A stretch of DNA of 36,595 nt, taken from NCBI GenBank assembly GCA_002781985.1, contig PFGP01000125.1, positions 1 to 36,595 of the forward strand. The letters are read 5' to 3'. The notes under the pieces are model-generated. The model made no database searches. It was not told the DNA's origin and saw only the letters and a program-made list of their open reading frames with translations. This stretch comes from Candidatus Taenaricola geysiri (GTDB lineage: Bacteria; Omnitrophota; Gorgyraeia; Taenaricolales; Taenaricolaceae). The first letter of the stretch is position 1, and each line of letters begins with the position of its first letter. Shown here one piece after another: positions 24,672-32,052 of the stretch. A program made the translations under genes and the position numbers.

Positions 24672-24833
24672 ATGAAAAAATACAGATGTACGATTTGTAA
24701 TTATATATATGACCCTGCAAAGGGAGATCCTGATAACGGCGTAAAACCAGGCACTGCCTTTGAAAATATTCCTGATACATGGGTTTGTCCGGAGTGCGGC
24801 GCAGGAAAAGATCAGTTTGTAATGGAAGGATAA
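24672..24833 (+). CDS. rub: Rubredoxin (53 aa; absent from the ORF track)
   Basis: Translation is [53 protein letters not shown], with the two CxxC pairs and the aromatic core of rubredoxins. The TAA stop lies 1 nt before the FDP start. Confidence 0.9.
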   Translation: MKKYRCTICNYIYDPAKGDPDNGVKPGTAFENIPDTWVCPECGAGKDQFVMEG

Positions 24834-24834
24834 T

Positions 24835-26034
24835 ATGAAGCCTGTAACAATAGCAAATGATGTTTACTGGGTAGGCGCAATCGACAGGAATCTTAAACGT
24901 TTCCATGGTTATACATACACTGTAGCCAGAGGCACTACTTATAACTCTTATCTTATAATGGATGATAAGATTACGCTGGTAGATGCAGTATATGCGCCTT
25001 TTGCCAAGGAGTGGATAGACAATATAAAAAGCATAATAGATCCCGCGAAAATAGATTATATAGTAGTCAACCATCTTGAAACAGATCACACTGGTTCCTT
25101 GCCTGAACTTGTTAAACTTTGCCCAAAGGCAAAGCTTTACAGCACAGCCAAGTGCAAAGAAGGGCTTTTAAAGAATTACGATATTCCTTCTGACATGGTG
25201 CATGTAGTAAAAACAGGCGATAAACTGAACATAGGAAAAAGAAACCTGGATTTTATAGAGGTACCTATGATTCACTGGCCTGACAGCATGTTTACTTATT
25301 GCGCTGAAGACAAAATCCTGTTTTCAAACGACGCTTTTGGCCAGCATTACGCTACAAGCGAAAGATTTGACGACGAGGTTTCCCGGGATATACTGATGGC
25401 TGAAGCGATAAAGTATTACGCTAATATACTGTGGCCTCTTGCGCCTGTAATACTTAAAAAACTGGAGGATGTTAAAAAATTGGGCATAAAGATAAATGTT
25501 TTGGCAACAAGCCACGGTATAATATGGCGTAAAAATGTTTCAAAGATAATAGACGCGTATGTGTTGTGGTCGCAAAATAAGTCAAAACAAAAAGTAACTG
25601 TTATATTTGACAGTATGTGGGGTTCAACCGAAATCATGGCTGGAAAAATAGCCGATGCTATAAAAGACAGCGGTGTGGACGTCGCGTTGTTTAATGTTAA
25701 TAAAACATCCCTGACGGAAATAATCGCAGAGATGTTTGATTCAAAGGGTTTTATTATCGGTTCATCAACTCATGATAATGATATGTTGCCTACTATGGCA
25801 GGGTTTTTATCTTTTTTAAAAGGCCTTAAACCGAAAAATAGGATTGCCGCGGCATTCGGTTCGTATGGCTGGTCAGGAGGAGCGGTAGTTTCAATAGAAA
25901 AAGTTTATAAAGAATTAGGCCTTGAAATTATTCAGCCGTCTGTATCCGTTAAACATGTGCCTGACGAAAACGATAAAAAGGCGTGTTATGATTTCGGGAT
26001 GAGTTTCGCAAAACTCATAAAAAGTAAAATATGA
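24835..26034 (+). CDS. fprA: Flavodiiron protein (rubredoxin:oxygen/NO oxidoreductase type)
   Basis: 399 aa. It combines a metallo-beta-lactamase-like domain carrying the HLETDH diiron motif with a C-terminal flavodoxin-like domain. A rubredoxin gene lies immediately upstream. Confidence 0.9.
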   Translation: MKPVTIANDVYWVGAIDRNLKRFHGYTYTVARGTTYNSYLIMDDKITLVDAVYAPFAKEWIDNIKSIIDPAKIDYIVVNHLETDHTGSLPELVKLCPKAKLYSTAKCKEGLLKNYDIPSDMVHVVKTGDKLNIGKRNLDFIEVPMIHWPDSMFTYCAEDKILFSNDAFGQHYATSERFDDEVSRDILMAEAIKYYANILWPLAPVILKKLEDVKKLGIKINVLATSHGIIWRKNVSKIIDAYVLWSQNKSKQKVTVIFDSMWGSTEIMAGKIADAIKDSGVDVALFNVNKTSLTEIIAEMFDSKGFIIGSSTHDNDMLPTMAGFLSFLKGLKPKNRIAAAFGSYGWSGGAVVSIEKVYKELGLEIIQPSVSVKHVPDENDKKACYDFGMSFAKLIKSKI

Positions 26035-26489
26035 AGCTCAATGAAGATGTGATAGATTTTTTTAATAAACAAAACTTTGTGATTGTATCTACCATAGATA
26101 AAAATGCAGCCCCGCATTCTTCCTGTAAAGGCATAGTAAAAATAGATCCCAAGGGAATTATATATCTTCTGGATCTTTATAAAGGCAAAACGCGAGAAAA
26201 TCTCGCGAATAATAACAAAACAAGCTTAACAGCAGTTGATGAGCATAAATTTAAGGGGTATTGCCTTAAGGGTACAGCCAGTGAAATTGCGGCGGCGGAT
26301 ATTGATGCGGATGTTGCGGATGAATGGAAAAAAAAGATAACCCAGAGGATAACGCACAGGCTGATTAAGAATATTCACGGCGAGAAAGGCCACCCATATC
26401 ATCCTGAAGCGCAAATGCCGCGCCCGGAATATATTATCAGGATGGATGTGGAAGAAGTTATTGACCTTACGCCGCAGCATTTAAAATAA
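26031..26489 (+). CDS. Pyridoxamine-5'-phosphate-oxidase-like FMN-binding split-barrel protein
   Basis: 152 aa. The sequence character and context suggest the family, but I can point to no unique motif. Confidence 0.55.
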   Translation: MKLNEDVIDFFNKQNFVIVSTIDKNAAPHSSCKGIVKIDPKGIIYLLDLYKGKTRENLANNNKTSLTAVDEHKFKGYCLKGTASEIAAADIDADVADEWKKKITQRITHRLIKNIHGEKGHPYHPEAQMPRPEYIIRMDVEEVIDLTPQHLK

Positions 26490-26502
26490 CAGGAGAAAAT
26501 AT

Positions 26503-26739
26503 ATGGCCAATACAGTAATGGTTTATAGCACGCCTACGTGCCCGTATTGCATACGAGTTAAGCAGTTTCTTAAAGATAATAATGTTGCTTATCAAGATAT
26601 AGATGTTTCATCTGACCAGGCAAAGGCAGAAGAGATGACATCAAAGTCAGGACAGCTCGGCGTGCCGGTTATTGACATAAACGGGCAGGTTATAGTTGGA
26701 TTTGATAAAGGAAAGATAAAAAAGGCTTTGGGTTTATGA
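26503..26739 (+). CDS. Glutaredoxin-like (Grx/NrdH-like) small redox protein
   Basis: 78 aa with a CPYC active site in the YSTPTCPYC context and GVPVI...G..IVGFD. Confidence 0.8.
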   Translation: MANTVMVYSTPTCPYCIRVKQFLKDNNVAYQDIDVSSDQAKAEEMTSKSGQLGVPVIDINGQVIVGFDKGKIKKALGL

Positions 26740-27650
26740 CAGAAATTTTTGATTTGATTATTATCGGCGCCGGGCCGGCGGGTATAACCGCCAGTGTTTA
26801 TGCTGCGCGTAAGAGGATGAATTTTATAGTAGTTACAGGCGATATAGGCGGCCAGACCGTATGGAGCGGCGATGTAGAAAATTATACGGGCTATCAGTTT
26901 ATAACAGGCCCGGAACTTGCCGCGAAATTTGAAGAGCATATGCGCCAGTATGGTATAGAGGCAAGAGAAACGGAGTTTGTCAGCGATATCCAAAAATCAG
27001 GCGGCATAATTTCTGTAAAGACCAATAAAGGCGCCTACCAGACAAAAACACTGATTATAGCTTCCGGTAAAAAATCAAAAGAATTAAATGTGCCAGGAGA
27101 AAAAGAGTTTAAAAACAAAGGCCTTACTTATTGCGCGACATGCGACGGCCCGCTTTTTTCCGGCAAAAACGTTTCAGTTATAGGCGGCGGAAATTCCGCC
27201 CTTGACGCGGCGCTACAACTTGTTAAAATAGCAAAGCATACCTACATTATTAATATAACACCTGCTTTGGGTGGCGACGCTGTAATGCGGGCTAAAGTAG
27301 AAGAAAGCCCGTCGGTGACGATATTTAATAATACCCAGGTATCTGCTGTGTTGGGCGATAAGACAGTAACAGGCATTAGGATAAAAGATAATAAAGGCAA
27401 AGAGGATTTAGTGGCAGTGGAGGGGATTTTTGTTGAGATAGGACTTGTACCAAATTCTGATTTTGCCAGGAACATTGTAAAAAATGAACAAGGCGAAATA
27501 AAAGTAAACTGCCACAATGAAACAAATATTCCCGGCATATTCGCCGCAGGTGATGTTACAGATGTGCCGGAAAAACAGATTGTGATAGCAGCAGGAGAGG
27601 GCTCAAAAGCAGCATTAAGCGCGTTTAAATATTTGGCGAGAAAAAAATAA
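26736..27650 (+). CDS. Thioredoxin-reductase-like flavoprotein lacking the canonical NADPH Arg motif
   Basis: GAGPAG, CATCDG (redox disulfide), GGGNSALD and AAGDV motifs are present. The position of the HRRxxFR motif reads NITPALGG instead. Confidence 0.85.
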   Translation: MTEIFDLIIIGAGPAGITASVYAARKRMNFIVVTGDIGGQTVWSGDVENYTGYQFITGPELAAKFEEHMRQYGIEARETEFVSDIQKSGGIISVKTNKGAYQTKTLIIASGKKSKELNVPGEKEFKNKGLTYCATCDGPLFSGKNVSVIGGGNSALDAALQLVKIAKHTYIINITPALGGDAVMRAKVEESPSVTIFNNTQVSAVLGDKTVTGIRIKDNKGKEDLVAVEGIFVEIGLVPNSDFARNIVKNEQGEIKVNCHNETNIPGIFAAGDVTDVPEKQIVIAAGEGSKAALSAFKYLARKK

Positions 27651-27730
27651 GGAAGTTTTTCGTCCCTCGCCACTAAGTGAGATAGCTGGTGGCTCGGGAC
27701 AATTTTTACAAATGAGAGAGGAGGTAAAAA
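27651..27730 (+). repeat. Two-hairpin intergenic leader element, copy 7 (SD in the H2 loop, start codon in the H2 stem)
   Basis: GGAAG, TTTTC, then H1 at 27662-27700 (inner helix GCCAC:GTGGC). H2 is CAATTTTTA (27700-27708) paired with TAAAAATTG (27725-27733). GGAGG at 27720-27724 lies in the loop. The TTG start at 27731 lies in the 3' arm. Confidence 0.75.
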
Positions 27731-27916
27731 TTGAAGGCGAAGGTTGATAAAGATGCATGTATTGGATGTAGTTTGTGTGTTTCTACATGCCCTGAGGTTT
27801 TCAAGATGGATGCCGACAAGGCAGTTGTTATAGGCAATTCTGTTCCCGGTGGCGCAGTGGATTCTGCAAAGCGCGCAGCCGAGGAATGCCCGACTACAGC
27901 GATAGCTGTAGAATAA
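27731..27916 (+). CDS. fdx: Small single-cluster ferredoxin
   Basis: 61 aa with the CIGCSLCVSTCP ... EECP pattern. The TTG start lies 6 nt after GGAGG. Confidence 0.8.
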   Translation: MKAKVDKDACIGCSLCVSTCPEVFKMDADKAVVIGNSVPGGAVDSAKRAAEECPTTAIAVE

Positions 27917-27946
27917 AAGCCAACTTTTTTACTCTTAACATTTTTC

Positions 27947-27975
27947 TTGACAATAAAGCCCCGCAATGTTATATT
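27947..27975 (+). promoter_or_regulatory. Putative promoter of the Arg-rich protein gene
   Basis: TTGACA (27947-27952), a 17-nt spacer, then TATATT (27970-27975). The -10 element lies in the loop of the ferredoxin terminator hairpin. Confidence 0.45.
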
Positions 27976-27995
27976 TAGTTGCGGGGCTTATTGTT
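27957..27995 (+). terminator. Terminator-like hairpin after the ferredoxin gene
   Basis: AGCCCCGCAA (27957-27966) pairs with TTGCGGGGCT (27979-27988), followed by TATTGTT. Confidence 0.55.
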
Positions 27996-28367
27996 ATGGA
28001 AAAAAACTGTGTAATCTGCAATAAAATATTTACGCCTACCAAATACAGGCCACAGGCCCAGGAGGTCTGCTCGGATCCTGTTTGTCAGCACAAAAGACAG
28101 CTCGAAAACATGAAAAGATGGCGCCGTAATAATCCTCATTACTTTAGGCAGGATGAGATAAGAGGCGTTTACTGGAGAGAACTATACCGCCGCAGGATAC
28201 GAAGGTGGCGTAAGGAGCACCCTGAATATTTTAAGAAATACAGGGACAGGTACAAGGCCCAGCACAGGGAATATATGCGTGAATACATGAGAAGATACAG
28301 GAATGTGAAGAAAAGAATGTTGCAGCAGGCAGAGCCGCAGCCGCCAATCAGCGATATTTTGTCTTGA
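27996..28367 (+). CDS. Hypothetical zinc-ribbon plus Arg/Tyr-rich basic repeat protein
   Basis: N-terminal CVIC...C..VC, then repeats of the W/Y-R-x-x-(N/H)P-x-YF type (RWRRNNPHYFRQ, RWRKEHPEYFKKYR, HREYMREYMRRYR). The ATG at 27996 is preferred over 27966, which lies in the hairpin and upstream of the predicted TSS. Confidence 0.5.
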   Translation: MEKNCVICNKIFTPTKYRPQAQEVCSDPVCQHKRQLENMKRWRRNNPHYFRQDEIRGVYWRELYRRRIRRWRKEHPEYFKKYRDRYKAQHREYMREYMRRYRNVKKRMLQQAEPQPPISDILS

Positions 28368-28460
28368 CACTAGTAATATATATATGATAAATTGTAGTAA
28401 AATTAACGCACTAGAATTCCCCCGACAAAATGGCAGAAAGAAAAAGAAAGGAAATTTTCT

Positions 28461-30530
28461 TTGACCAGGCGTGTATTTTTCTTTTTAATCTTTTTGTTGG
28501 CAATAACGCTACCGGCCTTTGCCAGGCCTTCAAGTTCATCTGATTTTCTTATCCTGCTTGATATTACCGCGCAAAATAACCCGGATTCAGCCAGAATAAC
28601 CATATATACAAATAAATTTCTTGAATATGTAGATTACGAGCTTCAGGATGGCTCGGGCGGCATTGTTTTTGACCCTACAGAACCTTTATATGTAAATATA
28701 GAAGGCCTGAATTTTGATAAAAGCGGCATTATCAGCGGAATGAAATTTGCCAAAAGCGCTATCAAGCAGGATGATTTACCCGAGGTGTTGAAGGCGGGTT
28801 TTTACCCGTTGGATTATCTGGTTATAAATTTAAAACTTAAGTCCGGTTACAGGATATCGCAGCGGGCGAATATGATTGTTTTGGATATAGGAAATACTGC
28901 GATGCCGCTGCCTTCAGAATTTGTGCCAAGTTTTACATTAAAGCCTGCGCCTGTGCCAAAAAAAGAGGTTGCTTCAGGAGCAGGTTTGCTGCCGGAAGAT
29001 ATTGCAGCGGAATTTATAAAAACAAAACAAGGCAAAAAACAAGATAAGAAAAAAGAAAAGAAATCAAAAAAGAAACAAGAGCCGTTGGTTGAAAAAGTGT
29101 CCTTGCCGCTCCCGGCTTTAAGCCCGCAAGAGGCCGTGGCAATGGATTTTAAGCGCCTTAGGGAGGAGATTTTATCCAGGTCGCTTTCCGGCAAACCATC
29201 TTTAAAATTGCCGCAAGGCAGAAATGTACTTGGCTTTAATCAGTGCGTTGAAATAGGAACCACTAATTTTCTGCCGCTTGTTATTGCCGAAGAGGAAATG
29301 AGGCTTGGCGATATGAAAATCAATGAAGCCAAGCGCGGGATTTATCCTACAGCCACCGCAAAATATACTACAACAGACGGAGAAACGCTTGGGGTTGAGT
29401 TTACCGAAAAATCTTATGGCATGCAGGTTGAGCAGCCTCTTTATTACGGAGGCCGGCTTAAATTAACATTAAAACAGGCCCAGATAAACCGTCAGGTTGC
29501 CCAGTCGAAATTCGACAAAGCTGAAGCCGATGTGGTGTCAAAGATTACAGAGGCATTTTACGGCCTTGCTACAGCGCAACTTAATCTCGAGGACCAGAAG
29601 GAATTATTCGTAAAATCAAAAGAGATGCTTGCGCTTGCCGAGAAAAAATATAATCAGGACCTTACAACGAAACTGGAGCTGTTAAATGTCCAATCGCAAT
29701 GCAACCAGATAGATTATCAGCTTGCTGTTGCAGCCAAGGATGTTGATATTGCAAAGATAAGCCTTCTTCAGGCAATGGGCACAGACCCTCAGGCTGACAT
29801 TCGAGCCGATATGCCGCTTGATTACGCCGAGAATATTATAGATATTAACAAATGCCTTTTACTTGCATACCAGAACAGGCCTGAGTTGCATATGAATGAA
29901 CTTCTGCGGGAGGCCGCGGAATATGAAGAGAAGATAGCCAGGTCAAAGGATGATTTTAAGGTTGATTTTACAGGATTTGTCGGCCAGTCGGGCGGCGCGT
30001 ACAAAACAGAACCGTTAAATATGGGCAGTGACTGGTATATGGGATTTAAGGCGTCAAAGCCATGGCTTGGCAATACGGGTTCTTATAATTATACGCAGAA
30101 TAAAACAAGCCCTAAATTAGGCCAAAGCACAAGGACAGGAGGTACTAGCCAATCTCTTGAATTCGGCATACTGAATAATATGACGGCTTATTCTGAAAAG
30201 CAGTCCGCCTTGATAAGCAAGCTTAAAGCGGAGAATGAACTTGTTGAAATAGAAAAGGCGATAAACACCGAGGTGCGCGAAACCTACAGCAGCTATGAAA
30301 AAGCTATTATGCAGATACAGAATACGCAGGAGAAGATAAGGTTCAGGCAGGAAGAACTTAATACATTGAAGGCGCAGTCGGAAATAAACGAGGCCGCCTT
30401 GTCGCAGGTGCTTGACGCGATGGTAAAGCTTAATGATGAAAAGGCATTATACCACCAGGCTATAGCAAGCTACAAGACCGCTTTGGCGAATTTAAACAAG
30501 GCAGTGGGGCTGATAGGGTATTTCAACTAA
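28461..30530 (+). CDS. Outer-membrane efflux protein (TolC/OMF family) with a ~270-aa N-terminal extension
   Basis: 689 aa. It has a signal peptide (LPAFA/RP), a beta-rich N-terminal domain (tentatively AMIN-like), a Lys-rich linker (KQGKKQDKKKEKKSKKKQE), then two OEP repeats. Confidence 0.8.
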   Translation: MTRRVFFFLIFLLAITLPAFARPSSSSDFLILLDITAQNNPDSARITIYTNKFLEYVDYELQDGSGGIVFDPTEPLYVNIEGLNFDKSGIISGMKFAKSAIKQDDLPEVLKAGFYPLDYLVINLKLKSGYRISQRANMIVLDIGNTAMPLPSEFVPSFTLKPAPVPKKEVASGAGLLPEDIAAEFIKTKQGKKQDKKKEKKSKKKQEPLVEKVSLPLPALSPQEAVAMDFKRLREEILSRSLSGKPSLKLPQGRNVLGFNQCVEIGTTNFLPLVIAEEEMRLGDMKINEAKRGIYPTATAKYTTTDGETLGVEFTEKSYGMQVEQPLYYGGRLKLTLKQAQINRQVAQSKFDKAEADVVSKITEAFYGLATAQLNLEDQKELFVKSKEMLALAEKKYNQDLTTKLELLNVQSQCNQIDYQLAVAAKDVDIAKISLLQAMGTDPQADIRADMPLDYAENIIDINKCLLLAYQNRPELHMNELLREAAEYEEKIARSKDDFKVDFTGFVGQSGGAYKTEPLNMGSDWYMGFKASKPWLGNTGSYNYTQNKTSPKLGQSTRTGGTSQSLEFGILNNMTAYSEKQSALISKLKAENELVEIEKAINTEVRETYSSYEKAIMQIQNTQEKIRFRQEELNTLKAQSEINEAALSQVLDAMVKLNDEKALYHQAIASYKTALANLNKAVGLIGYFN

Positions 30531-30640
30531 TTCCCTCGCCGCGCCTCGTGATAAGAGGCGGCTCGGGATAAAATTTTGCCGAACACGGCATCCCGTGAAC
30601 GGGACAAATCGAGATTACTGGAAAATTTCAGAGGTGAAAA
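30531..30640 (+). repeat. Two-hairpin intergenic leader element, copy 8 (long form with 27-nt insert)
   Basis: H1 is at 30531-30569 with a degenerate outer helix (TTCCC...GGGAT). The insert at 30578-30605 lies in a 42-nt block identical to copy 2. The SD is GAGG at 30631-30634 and the ATG is at 30641. Confidence 0.75.
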
Positions 30641-31954
30641 ATGGCCGCATTGATAAAAAAAAGATTTAAGGGTTGGGGGGTTGTGCTTATTGTTATTGCC
30701 GCTCTGGTTATTATGTTTGTTGTTTACGCGGCGCCGATAGCAGAGCATTTATGGAAAGTTTTTCCAGGTATCGCAAATTTTTCTTTTGTTTCCAATCTTT
30801 TAAAAGACAGGGTAATACAAAAGTCAGGCGCTCAGTCCGCAGGCCAAGAGCAGGAAGGCGGCGCAGCCGGAGCCGAAGAAAAACAGAGGCCGGTGTCAGT
30901 TATAGTATTTAAAGCGGTAAAAAGCGATTTTGAAGATACTCTTCTAGCCATGGGCACAATAAAGGGCGTCAGAGAAATAGAGCTCAGGTTCGAGGCAAAC
31001 GGCGTTATAGACGCCATTAATTTCAGAGAAGGCGATTTTATAAAAAAAGGCGATGTAGTTGCGGTTTTGAACCAACAGGACGCCATATTAAAACTGGAAT
31101 ATTCGCAATCAAAGCTTAAAACAAGCCAGACGCAGATGCTTACGGCCAAGAAAAAACTTGAGATACATCAGAAGTTATACGAGTTGGGCACCATTATTAA
31201 ATCAAAACTCGAAGAAGTGGCTCTTGAATATGAAAACACAAAAAGCCAGGTGACATCCGCTGAAAAAGAGGTGGCGTTTGCCAAACAGGAAGTGCAAAAG
31301 GCTTATATATCTTCTCCTATTGACGGTATTATCGGCGAGCGCGAGGCAGAGGCAGGCGAATTTGTTACGTCAAACACAAAGATAGCAACTGTTATAGATG
31401 TGTCGAGTGTTTATGCTGAAGTCGGAATTATTGAAAAGGATTTGCAGAAGATAGCCCTGGATATAGAGGCAACAGCTACTGTAGACGCGTATCCTGATGT
31501 GGAATTTAAAGGAAAGATCGATAATATACTTCCTACAATAGAAGGAAAATCAAGAACAATAACCTGCAGGATTAAAATAGATAATCAGGATGGCATGCTT
31601 TTGCCGGGGATGTTTGTGAGGGCGACTATTTTTGTATTTGGCCAGAAAGATGTAATAGTGCTGCCAACCCCGAATAATACACTGCGCGATACGGATAATG
31701 ACGGAAAATTTGATTCTGTTTTTGTGGTTGATCAGGATAACGTCGCGCATCTTAAGCCTGTGGAAATAAGTTATCTTACTACTGATAACGCGGTGGTTGT
31801 TTCGGGGCTTGAAGAGGGCGAGCAGGTTGTTACAGAGGCAAGGGCTGAGCTTAGCGATGGCGCGCCGGTTGAAGTTTTGGAGACGCAGGAGGGGCTTAAG
31901 CCTCAGGAAGAGCTTCCGGGAGCAGGCGGAGAAAAAGAGATGGTGATACAGTAG
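30641..31954 (+). CDS. RND/ABC-type efflux periplasmic adaptor (MFP, HlyD_D23-like)
   Basis: 437 aa with an N-terminal TM anchor, a coiled-coil hairpin and barrel-sandwich and beta-barrel segments (YISSPIDGIIGER, LPGMFVRATI). Confidence 0.85.
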   Translation: MAALIKKRFKGWGVVLIVIAALVIMFVVYAAPIAEHLWKVFPGIANFSFVSNLLKDRVIQKSGAQSAGQEQEGGAAGAEEKQRPVSVIVFKAVKSDFEDTLLAMGTIKGVREIELRFEANGVIDAINFREGDFIKKGDVVAVLNQQDAILKLEYSQSKLKTSQTQMLTAKKKLEIHQKLYELGTIIKSKLEEVALEYENTKSQVTSAEKEVAFAKQEVQKAYISSPIDGIIGEREAEAGEFVTSNTKIATVIDVSSVYAEVGIIEKDLQKIALDIEATATVDAYPDVEFKGKIDNILPTIEGKSRTITCRIKIDNQDGMLLPGMFVRATIFVFGQKDVIVLPTPNNTLRDTDNDGKFDSVFVVDQDNVAHLKPVEISYLTTDNAVVVSGLEEGEQVVTEARAELSDGAPVEVLETQEGLKPQEELPGAGGEKEMVIQ

Positions 31955-32052
31955 CGTAGCTGGAAAAATTTGCCCCTCGCCGCAAAACGCGATTAGAAGC
32001 GGCTCGGGACAATTTTACTAAACGAGATAGCAGGTAAAATCGGAGGTGTAAT
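31955..32052 (+). repeat. Two-hairpin intergenic leader element, copy 9
   Basis: A partial module-2-like TAGCTGGAAAAATTT is followed by H1 at 31972-32010 (GCCCC/TC/GCCGC ... GCGGC/TC/GGGAC). H2 is at 32010-32017 paired with 32035-32042. GGAGG is at 32042-32046 and the ATG at 32053. Confidence 0.75.

Noticed and set aside
30673-30912. 79-aa plus-strand ORF with an Arg-rich tail (RRPRAGRRRSRSRRK) inside the MFP gene.
   Set aside because: It is an alternative frame of the well-supported MFP coding sequence. It has no SD, and its Arg-rich composition arises from the GGC/GCC/GAA-rich Gly/Ala/Glu linker codons.
2324-32052. The nine leader-element copies as a CRISPR array or as a MITE.
   Set aside because: The copies are kilobases apart and separated by genes, not by regular 25-40 nt spacers, and no cas genes are present. 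The element ends (GGAAGTCCC... / ...TTTGGAGG) are not terminal inverted repeats, and I see no target-site duplications.
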